A stretch of 64,000 nt of DNA from Halarcobacter sp. (GTDB lineage: Bacteria; Campylobacterota; Campylobacteria; Campylobacterales; Arcobacteraceae). Of this stretch, positions 53,440 through 61,192 are shown in pieces (within the stretch, counting starts at the first letter, position 1; each line of letters starts with the position of its first letter). The stretch is from positions 1,408,001 to 1,472,000 of the forward strand of contig CP182352.1 in the NCBI GenBank assembly GCA_048571215.1. Reading direction: 5' to 3'. Below the pieces are notes generated by a model. The model was not told the origin of the DNA. It saw only the letters and a program-made list of their open reading frames with translations, and ran no database searches. The position numbers and the translations under genes were made by a program.

Positions 53440-55269
53440 TTACAGCTCTTCAAGTTTTTTATCATACTCATGTATGATTTCATCAAGTTTTAATTGACTC
53501 TCTTCCAATAATTCAAATTTTTCTTCAACCTCTTTTTCATATCTTAAAATTATTTGAGATAGTTCTATTATCTTACTATTATCACCTATATTTGAAGCTT
53601 GTATAAGTTCAGCTTGCTCTTTTTCTATCAAATCTTCTAACTCTATAATTGCATTTTCTAGTTTCTCCACCTCTTTTTTAAAAGGAGTTGCCAATTTATT
53701 TTTCTCTTGAATTAAAGAAGCTCGTAGTTTTTTGTTCTCTTTTTTATTTACTTTTGGGGCAATTTTTACTTTCTCTTCATCCTCTTCTTCATCCCAACCA
53801 ATCTTTTCTAAAAACTCATCATATGTTCCATCAAAATAATCTGCACCATCTTTTGCGAACACAATCAACCTATCGCAAACTTCTCTTAAAAGTTTTTCAC
53901 TGTGAGTTACAATTATACAAGAGCCTGCAAAGTTTTTTATAGCTTTAGTTAAAGAATCAATAGATTGCATATCCAAGTGATTTGTAGGCTCATCTAGAAA
54001 CAGCAGATTTACATCTTTTGCTAAGATTTGTCCTAACATCACCCTACTTTTCTCTCCCCCTGATAATAAAGATATTTTTTTCTTAACATCATCTCCACTA
54101 AACATCATAGAACCACAAATGCCCCTAACTGTAGCTTCTGGTAATTTTGAGTTTGAAACATAAATTTCATCCATGATATTATTGTTTGGATTAAGATGGG
54201 ATATATTAGTTTGTCCAAAATGACCAAATGAAGTAGTTCCATGATAATCCACTGTTCCATTTATTTGTTTTAATTCACCTGCAATAACATTTAATAAAGT
54301 TGATTTACCCTTACCATTTTTTCCAATAATTCCTAAGGTTTCCCCTTTTTTTAAAGTAAATGAAATATCTTTAAAAAGAATATTGTCTTTTGTATATCCA
54401 AAAGATAAATCTTTTACATCAAGTAAAACTTTTGCTGGTGTGTCTTTATAATTAAAATCAAAATCTATAGTAGCCTCATCTACAAGGGAATCCATATTAT
54501 CCATTTTTTCCAATAACTTAACTTTTGACTGGGCTTGTGATGCTGTTGAAGCCCTTGCTTTATTTTTAGCTATAAATTCCTCCAACTCTTTTCTTTTTTT
54601 ATCTTGTGCCTCTTTTTGCTTTTCATAATGTTCATCATTTGCTGCTAACTGCTCATAAAACTTATAAGTACCACCTGATAAAATAAATAAAGATTTTCTA
54701 ACAATACCCATAGTATGTGTTGTAATACTATCCATAAAATCCCTATCATGGGTGATTAAGATAACCTCTCCATCAAAGTTCTTTAAAAATATTTTCAACC
54801 ATCTTAAAGATAAGATATCTAAGTAGTTTGTAGGCTCATCAAGAAGTAATAGGTTTGGTTCAGTAATCAATAGTTTAGCAAGATTTATACGAATTTGATA
54901 ACCCCCAGAAAAAGACAAAGGGTCTTTTTCTAAATCTTCATGGGAAAAACCTAAACCAAATAAAATCTTCTCAACCTTGTAAATACTAAACTTGTCATCA
55001 ACACTCAAAGCAAGAGCAGTTTCATCCCTAAGTGTTTTCTCACTAAATTCCAAGTGTTGTTTAAGTGCCCCTATTTTATACCCTTTAGGTATTAAAATCT
55101 CACCATCATCAACTACCTCTTCACCAAGTATTAGTTTAAAAAGTGTAGATTTTCCTGTACCATTTCTCCCTACAAGCCCTATTCTTTGTCCTTGTCCTAA
55201 AATAAGATTCAGATCTGTAAAAAGTGTTTTCTCACCATAATGTTTTGAAAGATTTTTTAGTTGTATCAT
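53440..55269 (-). CDS. ABC-F family ATPase
   Basis: Two ABC domains (GRNGTGKST, FSGG, LDEPTN; GKNGKGKST, LSGGE, LDEPTNH), no TM, C-terminal coiled coil. Confidence 0.93.
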   Translation of the reverse strand: MIQLKNLSKHYGEKTLFTDLNLILGQGQRIGLVGRNGTGKSTLFKLILGEEVVDDGEILIPKGYKIGALKQHLEFSEKTLRDETALALSVDDKFSIYKVEKILFGLGFSHEDLEKDPLSFSGGYQIRINLAKLLITEPNLLLLDEPTNYLDILSLRWLKIFLKNFDGEVILITHDRDFMDSITTHTMGIVRKSLFILSGGTYKFYEQLAANDEHYEKQKEAQDKKRKELEEFIAKNKARASTASQAQSKVKLLEKMDNMDSLVDEATIDFDFNYKDTPAKVLLDVKDLSFGYTKDNILFKDISFTLKKGETLGIIGKNGKGKSTLLNVIAGELKQINGTVDYHGTTSFGHFGQTNISHLNPNNNIMDEIYVSNSKLPEATVRGICGSMMFSGDDVKKKISLLSGGEKSRVMLGQILAKDVNLLFLDEPTNHLDMQSIDSLTKAIKNFAGSCIIVTHSEKLLREVCDRLIVFAKDGADYFDGTYDEFLEKIGWDEEEDEEKVKIAPKVNKKENKKLRASLIQEKNKLATPFKKEVEKLENAIIELEDLIEKEQAELIQASNIGDNSKIIELSQIILRYEKEVEEKFELLEESQLKLDEIIHEYDKKLEEL

Positions 55270-55425
55270 ATTGCTCTTTGTTTTAATAAATTTATATTTT
55301 TTTTGAATATGGATTATATTATAATATGGGTTATAGAATAGTTTAGTATTCCTTTTCAGAGCACTTTAATTTTATATTTGACAATTATGTTTAAATGATA
55401 TATATTCATATATAAAGGAGTCATT

Positions 55426-56178
55426 ATGGAAAACTATTTTGATAAAGAGTTTGAATTAAGATTTTTTGAAATGAATAGATTAGGTGAAGCTTCGGCTATT
55501 TCTATATTAACTCTACTTCAAGAAACTGCCGCTGAACATTGCCGATATGCTGGGCATGACCTTTTATCTTTAATGTCTGAAAACCTTGGGTGGGTACTAC
55601 TTGCTGGTGCAATGGAAATGGAACGCTACCCACTTTATAAAGAAAAGATAATTATAAGAACATGGATATCAAAATATCATGCCATTAGGGGATTTAGAGA
55701 AAATATAATTTATGATGAAAACTACAATATAATAGGTAGAGCTAGAGGTTTGTGGGTATTTTACGATATAAAAAAAAGAAGACCTAAAAAAATACACCCT
55801 GATTTTTTAAAAAAATGGTCATCTTGTAAGACAATATCTCTTGAACATGATATAAGTAATAAGATTGAACCTCTTAATTCTTTTGAATGCAAAAAAGAGT
55901 TTAAAGTCAATATGTATGATACAGATACCAATAAACATGTTAATAATCTTAGATATCTACAATGGCTTATGGAATCAATTCCAGATGAGATATTAGACAA
56001 TTACTACTTGTATTTTATTGATGGACGTTTTATTTCAGAAGCTAATTATGGTGATTCTATTTTATCTTTAACAAATAAAGATGTTGAGGAAAACTCTTTT
56101 ATTCATACTATTCAAATAAAAGAAAGTGGCAAAGTTTGTGCTACTGGTAAATCAGTTTGGAAAAAAATACGAAAATAG
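55426..56178 (+). CDS. acyl-ACP thioesterase family protein
   Basis: LQETAAEH, WVL, DTDTNKHVNNLRY..W. Confidence 0.9.
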   Translation: MENYFDKEFELRFFEMNRLGEASAISILTLLQETAAEHCRYAGHDLLSLMSENLGWVLLAGAMEMERYPLYKEKIIIRTWISKYHAIRGFRENIIYDENYNIIGRARGLWVFYDIKKRRPKKIHPDFLKKWSSCKTISLEHDISNKIEPLNSFECKKEFKVNMYDTDTNKHVNNLRYLQWLMESIPDEILDNYYLYFIDGRFISEANYGDSILSLTNKDVEENSFIHTIQIKESGKVCATGKSVWKKIRK

Positions 56179-56233
56179 GTTTTTCTAGAAGTTGAACACT
56201 TCTATAATCTCGCTTGTACTCACTGCGTAAGAA

Positions 56234-56440
56234 CGCTTTCTTTACTTTTAGTGGTAAAAGTAAAACAAAAGCCACCAGACGCGTTGTTGAAGCTAAAGTT
56301 CCCTCCCACTTCACTTTTTAAAGCTAGCCTGCAAAACTCCTCGAAAAAGTGACATCTAGTCACTTTTCTCTCGTTAGACAGTTTCGGCTTTTTCCGCTTT
56401 AAAAAGCGAAGTACTCGGCTTCAACAAAGTCTGGACTAAA
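56234..56440 (-). repeat. divergent, inverted copy (R0) of the structured intergenic repeat
   Basis: Minus strand reads ...GAAGCCGAGT...AACTGTCT...GAGTTT...GAGGGAAC...GCTTC... then a terminal hairpin TTTACTTTTA-CCAC-TAAAAGTAAA. Motif order matches R1-R3. Confidence 0.75.
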
Positions 56441-56467
56441 ATTCCCTAGCCTTGAACTTTCTCATAC

Positions 56468-56848
56468 TATTTGAGTATTACACAAATCCAAACAAAATGG
56501 TACCAAAAAATGAAAAGGTCATTATCCCACCTTCCCGCATTTGAGAAGCCGAGTGTTTATTTTTGCTTTTCGGATGTAATCCTGCTTGCAGGCAAAAGTT
56601 TTTTAACTGTCTGAGTGTCAAAAACGTAACTAACTTACGTTTTAGCGAGTTTTGAAAAACAGAAAAGTGAAATAATAAGCGAGGGAACCTTCGGCTTCGA
56701 AACCCGCGGGATAATTTCTTTGCTACTTTCTTTTTCACAAAAGAAAGTCGGAATAAGTTAAAACGTACTGCAAAAGTTTATTTATACTCAAATATTTTGA
56801 TAATAGTATTACCCAAATATACATAATATATTTATCATTTTGTTAAAC
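56468..56848 (+). repeat. structured intergenic repeat copy R1 (intact; candidate ncRNA or MITE-like element)
   Basis: Homologous to 59272-59505 + 60806-60936 and to 63895-64000. Nested inverted repeats. Outer IR TATTTGAGTAT (56468-56478) / ATACTCAAATA (56784-56794). Confidence 0.9.
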
Positions 56849-57064
56849 AATAAAATGTTATTTAAAGTTAAGTTTTTCACCTTTAACATACATTATGTAT
56901 ATTAAAGTACTAAATATAAACATAAAATATATATAAAGATTATAACTTATAATAAAAATATATAGAAAAAAATATCATATTATGTAATGTTTTTTCTATA
57001 AAGATGTATAAGATGAGCTTTCTTTGTAAATATATAATAAAGTAGTATATTTAAGTACTTTATT

Positions 57065-57095
57065 TATATAATGTATATTCAATAAATAGTTAGAC
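57065..57095 (+). other. attI-like cassette entry site with TATAAT (module 1)
   Basis: TATATAATGTATATTCAATAAATAGTT, 22/27 identical to the sequence ending at 61159. Ends in core GTTAGAC. Confidence 0.55.
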
Positions 57096-57109
57096 ACAAA
57101 GGAGTAGTA

Positions 57110-57757
57110 TTGCCATTAAAGCCAGATATAATAGAACTGATTGACAATTATTGTACTAAAGATTTGCCAGGAGATTTACAGTGGCATATTGATAGATTTA
57201 ATTTCATTAAAAATACAGATTTACAAAATAAAATAGGCAGAGCATATTATAGTTCTCGTTATATGAGTAAATTAATGGAAGCACTAAGAGGAACTGGGGA
57301 TGAACTTCATCCATTTGTTAAATTCCAAATATTACAATATGCATCTATTTATGAAGCGGTTATAACTTACTTACTTTGGGATACATTTAAAGAACATGAT
57401 GAAGTAATACAATTACAAACACATAAAACATATAAACCAGTTCATGCTTTAGGAAGTAAAACTAGCATAAAATATGATGGAGAGGATGTTTTCACTTGTG
57501 TATATCGTGATGTAAAAACACATAAAAACTCAATTTCTTTTCCAAGCAAAGTAGATTGTGCAGTTAGAATTGGTTTTTTAAATGAAACATATGCTGAGGA
57601 TATTAAACATATTTATATGCTTAGAAATTTAGCACACATTGAAACAGAAGCTGATAAAAAAATTGAAGTTGAAATTGAACATTCAAAACTAGGATATTGG
57701 AGATTAAAACCTTTTCTTGATGATATTGTAGCTTTTTTTGAAGAAAACAATAGCTAA
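57110..57757 (+). CDS. cassette 1 gene A, hypothetical (possible HEPN-like)
   Basis: AGGAG RBS plus TTG start; helical, YASIYE and C-terminal LRNLAH. Confidence 0.7.
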   Translation: MPLKPDIIELIDNYCTKDLPGDLQWHIDRFNFIKNTDLQNKIGRAYYSSRYMSKLMEALRGTGDELHPFVKFQILQYASIYEAVITYLLWDTFKEHDEVIQLQTHKTYKPVHALGSKTSIKYDGEDVFTCVYRDVKTHKNSISFPSKVDCAVRIGFLNETYAEDIKHIYMLRNLAHIETEADKKIEVEIEHSKLGYWRLKPFLDDIVAFFEENNS

Positions 57758-57776
57758 TGAACATTAAAGAGATAAT

Positions 57777-58577
57777 ATGACAATTGAAGATATTCAGAAG
57801 CTAATTAACATTTATAATAAAGGTATAAAAACCTATAAAGAAATGTGCGACCATATTTTAAAACAAGATACAAAAATTAATAATGAATTATTTTTACTAT
57901 TATTAGCAGTATCAGACTCAATGGAATCATTAGCAATATTAGGCAACTTCAATAAAATGAGAGATTGTTATGTTGTCTCAAGAACAATTTATGAAACTAC
58001 TTTAAATATTCTGCTTATTTTATCCACAGATTTTGAATCAATGGATGAAATGACTAAATATACATATGATGAAATTGAGCAAGAAGATTCTCGTTCAATT
58101 ACTACCGACAGTGAAGCAGTATTTTTTGCTTTTGATGGAATAAAGCATACTGTTGGATTTGCTAAAAATAATCCTTTTAAAGTAAGAAATCCACGTTCTT
58201 GGACAAAACATAAAATACAGAATAGAATAAATCTTATTGATAAAAAATATGGAAAAGTTGTATCTCGTTCTTTACAAGTAGCTCACTTGACAATTTATAG
58301 AACAAGCTCAAATATTGCTCATGGAACTCTTTATGGAATGCTTCAAGCTATGGGTTTAATTCATGAAAAAGAGATCAAAGAGTTTACAGATATTAGTATG
58401 ATAGAACATAATTTTCAAGTAATTACTACGTTATTACTAACTATATCTCAAAGTGTTTATGGATTGACATATGCATTAGATAAAGAACTAGGGTTAGAAG
58501 AATTTGAAAAAAGTTTTTATACTAGTTTAGAAGAATTTATAAATGAAGGCAAACAATTATTGTCTAACAAAACCTAG
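57777..58577 (+). CDS. cassette 1 gene B, DUF5677-like protein
   Basis: SRTIYE and IYRTSSNIAHG motifs; 3' end overlaps attC. Confidence 0.65.
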   Translation: MTIEDIQKLINIYNKGIKTYKEMCDHILKQDTKINNELFLLLLAVSDSMESLAILGNFNKMRDCYVVSRTIYETTLNILLILSTDFESMDEMTKYTYDEIEQEDSRSITTDSEAVFFAFDGIKHTVGFAKNNPFKVRNPRSWTKHKIQNRINLIDKKYGKVVSRSLQVAHLTIYRTSSNIAHGTLYGMLQAMGLIHEKEIKEFTDISMIEHNFQVITTLLLTISQSVYGLTYALDKELGLEEFEKSFYTSLEEFINEGKQLLSNKT

Positions 58578-58632
58578 GAGAGAAATAAGTTACCCTAGCG
58601 GGCAAACTTATTTCTCAAGTCAAACGTTATAA
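58562..58632 (+). other. integron attC site 1 (71 bp)
   Basis: GTCTAAC...GAGAAATAAGTT-ACCC-TAGC-GGG-CA-AACTTATTTCTC...GTTATAA: inverse core, central palindrome, core. Confidence 0.85.
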
Positions 58633-58643
58633 ATAAGGAATAA

Positions 58644-59204
58644 TTGATGAATAAAAAATATTCAATTGTTATAGTGATTTGTTTTTTAATTTTTTGGTTT
58701 GTAAAACTTTTAGATTCTACGGGAACAATAGATACTATAAAATTAGCTATGAATGATAAATTTAATTATAAAATAGAAACATTACTTACACAAGCGGATG
58801 ATGAGGATATGGTAAAAATATTAAATAGTTTTATGAAAAAAGTTCAAAAAGATTATGCCAATAAAACTACAAGTGAAACGGTATTATTAAGTGCAAATCA
58901 AAAAAACAAACATGTAGTGTATAAATTTCAAATGAATTATGATGACCTATTACAATCTGTACCAAATAAAAGAAAGTTATCAAATAAAATTAAAAATTTA
59001 GTATATAAAGATATATGTTCCCAAGGAATATTATCCTTTATTGTTGAAAATAAGGCAGTAAGTTTTGAGTATATTTATTATGATTCTTTATCAAAAGAGC
59101 AAAATAGATATTTGATTCAGAGTGATGATTGTAAAATATGGGAAGATAATAATTTAGTATTTTCATTAACTAAAAAAGCGAAAAATTTTATAAATAGTCT
59201 TTAG
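58644..59204 (+). CDS. cassette 2 gene, N-terminally anchored or exported hypothetical protein
   Basis: AAGGA RBS right after attC; N-terminal hydrophobic segment. Confidence 0.7.
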   Translation: MMNKKYSIVIVICFLIFWFVKLLDSTGTIDTIKLAMNDKFNYKIETLLTQADDEDMVKILNSFMKKVQKDYANKTTSETVLLSANQKNKHVVYKFQMNYDDLLQSVPNKRKLSNKIKNLVYKDICSQGILSFIVENKAVSFEYIYYDSLSKEQNRYLIQSDDCKIWEDNNLVFSLTKKAKNFINSL

Positions 59205-59514
59205 ATATAATATTTATAACGAATCAGTGAAATAACACCCCCAGAGAATGAATTTCCACTTTTATAATAATTATTGAGTATCACACCAATTCAAATAAAA
59301 TGGTATCAAAAAATGCAAAGGTCAATTTCCTACCTTTCCGCATTTTAGAAGCCGAGTGTTTATTTGTCTCTTTTGAAAACAAGTGACTAAACTGTTTGAA
59401 GCGTAAAGAAACGTTCTGGGAGAACGTTTTAGCAAGTTTTTAGGCACTCAAAAGGGATGAATAATAAGCGAGGGAACCTTCGGCTTCGAAACCTGTGGGA
59501 TAATTCGTATAATA

Positions 59515-59740
59515 AAATATTGGAAATATGATAGTATATTTTCATAGAGTTCAATAGAAGATGATATATTGTGTGGGTGGTTGAAGCAATTAAAAATAAT
59601 TTTAATTAGCTTGTAAAGAAGTTCAATAGTTATACTTCAAATTTGAGTGGCAACAAGAACAGTTTTATAACTAGTTCGTATTTACGAGTCTAAAGTTTGT
59701 ATGACGAAATATCAGGTAGGAATTTTATTCCTACCCTAAC
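59515..59740 (+). ncRNA. predicted IS110 bridge RNA (ends approximate)
   Basis: 5' hairpin; target loop with GGGTGGTT (59575-82) and AAAGAAGTT (59615-23); donor loop with GTGGCAAC (59647-54) and TACGAGT (59683-89); 3' hairpin GGTAGGAAT/ATTCCTACC. Confidence 0.85.
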
Positions 59741-59772
59741 GAACTCTTTATATTAATACAAAGGTTCTAGAT

Positions 59773-60756
59773 ATGTATTCTATCGGATTAGATATAAGTA
59801 AGTCAACAATTAATATTTATATCCCTATCAATGATTTAGATATTCAAATATCAAATAATTTGAAATCACTTAAAGGTTTTTATTCTAAGTTAAAAAAACT
59901 TTATAAAAAAGATATAGATAAACTTGTATTTGTTTTTGAACCTACAGCTAATTATTCCTTTTTAATTAAAAAGTTTTGTTCTGAAAAAAGTATACACTGT
60001 TTTATTGTTAATCCAAAGAAAAGTGCTAACTTTGCTAAAGCAATTGGTCAAAGAAATAAAACTGACCTTTTAGATGCTAGAATGTTATCTCAGATGATAG
60101 TTACTGCAAGAAAAAATCAGATTAAAATACCCATTATTAATCCTTATGCCGAGGAATTAAAAGAGCTTATTACATATTATAAATTTATATCAAAAATTAA
60201 AACTCAAAATAAAAATCATTTGGAAGCTTTAGTTTCAAAAGATGCTTCATCTATTATAATTAAATCATTAAGAAAAGATATAAAATCATTTGAAAAAAAA
60301 GAAAAAGATATTCTTATTGAGATAAAAAAAGTTATTGCAAAAGACAAAAATTTACATAATGCATTTTTAAATATCCAAACTATAAAAGGCATAGGAGAAT
60401 TATCTTCAATTATATTATTACACCATTTTATACAATATCCTGATACAAATCAAAAGCAAATTGTTTCATTAGCTGGATTAGATCCAGTTAGTAGAGATTC
60501 TGGTTCATCAATAAAAGGAAAAACAAAAATATCAAAATCTGGTTCAAAATTATGTAGGGGTACATTATTTATGGCAGTAATGACAGCGATACAATACAAT
60601 GAAGAATTAAAAATATTTTATAATAGATTAAAAGAGAATGGCAAACATACTACTGTAGCACAAATTGCTGTAATGCGAAAAATGATTGTAATTGCTCACT
60701 CATTATATAAAAATAATAATATATATGACCCTAATAAATTTAAAAGTATATCATAA
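59773..60756 (+). CDS. IS110-family DEDD recombinase/transposase
   Basis: IGLDISK (D), FEPT (E), KTDLLDA (DD), TIKGIG, GLDP..RDSGSS (catalytic Ser), ISKSG, AVMRK. Confidence 0.96.
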   Translation: MYSIGLDISKSTINIYIPINDLDIQISNNLKSLKGFYSKLKKLYKKDIDKLVFVFEPTANYSFLIKKFCSEKSIHCFIVNPKKSANFAKAIGQRNKTDLLDARMLSQMIVTARKNQIKIPIINPYAEELKELITYYKFISKIKTQNKNHLEALVSKDASSIIIKSLRKDIKSFEKKEKDILIEIKKVIAKDKNLHNAFLNIQTIKGIGELSSIILLHHFIQYPDTNQKQIVSLAGLDPVSRDSGSSIKGKTKISKSGSKLCRGTLFMAVMTAIQYNEELKIFYNRLKENGKHTTVAQIAVMRKMIVIAHSLYKNNNIYDPNKFKSIS

Positions 60757-61132
60757 ATATTAGATTTAAATATTTTATATTTTATCATTTTTTAAGGTGG
60801 CAACTTCTTTGCTACTTTCTTTTTAGAAAAGAAAGTCGAGAAAACCAAGAGGTACAGCAAAAGTTTATTTACACTCAAATATTTTGAAAATAGTTTTACC
60901 CAAACACAACATAATATATTTATCATTTTGTTAAACTATCAAGATTTTCACCAAATAGTCATACAAAATGATAAGATATTAAGGATATACCTTGATAATC
61001 TAACATAAAAAATGTTCTACTTTTTCTTATATTATTTTGTATTTTATTAAATTTAGACTATTTAAGGCTTATTTGAGCTAATATCTTTACATTTTTAATG
61101 TTAAGATATTAGATGTTTTTATATATTATTTA

Positions 61133-61163
61133 TATATAATGTATTATTAATAAGAAGTTGTAT
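61133..61163 (+). other. attI-like cassette entry site with TATAAT (module 2)
   Basis: TATATAATGTATTATTAATAAGAAGTT followed by GTAT; homologous to 57065-57091. Confidence 0.55.
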
Positions 61164-61192
61164 GAACATATAAAATTAACTGAAGAGTATAG

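Larger units (their letters stand above)
59506..60805 (+). mobile_element. IS110-family element, ~1300 bp, no terminal IRs, 2-nt core
   Basis: Boundaries defined by comparison with the empty site in R1 (56709-56722). Long non-coding left end plus DEDD recombinase. Confidence 0.93.
59272..60936 (+). repeat. structured repeat copy R2, split by IS110 (halves 59272-59505 and 60806-60936)
   Basis: Left half aligns to R1 up to GGGATAATT. Right half resumes at TCTTTGCTACTTTCTTTT exactly as in R1. Confidence 0.9.

Noticed and set aside
545..55240. Numerous 60-100 aa ORFs antisense to or overlapping well-supported genes (e.g. 545-817, 994-1221, 6174-6398, 18042-18308, 34465-34746, 53688-53942, 54992-55240)
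   Set aside because: Shadow ORFs of real genes with no motifs or RBS support.
56600..56655. Hammerhead ribozyme (CTGTCTGAG...stem...GCGAG resembles CUGAUGA...GAAA)
   Set aside because: The invariant CUGANGA and GAAA core and the NUH cleavage triplet are not present in the correct form, so it cannot be called a hammerhead.
56478..56738. 86-aa minus-strand ORF MKKKVAKKLSRGFRSRRFPR...
   Set aside because: Lies wholly within structured repeat R1 and has atypical composition. The homologous R2 is conserved by base-pairing rather than codons, so the ORF is likely spurious.
57061..57090. Resemblance to an XerCD dif site (ATAATGTATATT matches the E. coli dif centre)
   Set aside because: The flanking arms do not match (no TTATGTTAAAT), the second copy diverges within this core, and the region is extremely AT-rich. 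Better explained as a promoter or attI-like site.
59506..60805. IS1111-type attC-targeting element
   Set aside because: The insertion is in the structured repeat, not in an attC. No sub-terminal inverted repeats are evident, and the long non-coding end is upstream of the recombinase, as in IS110-group elements.
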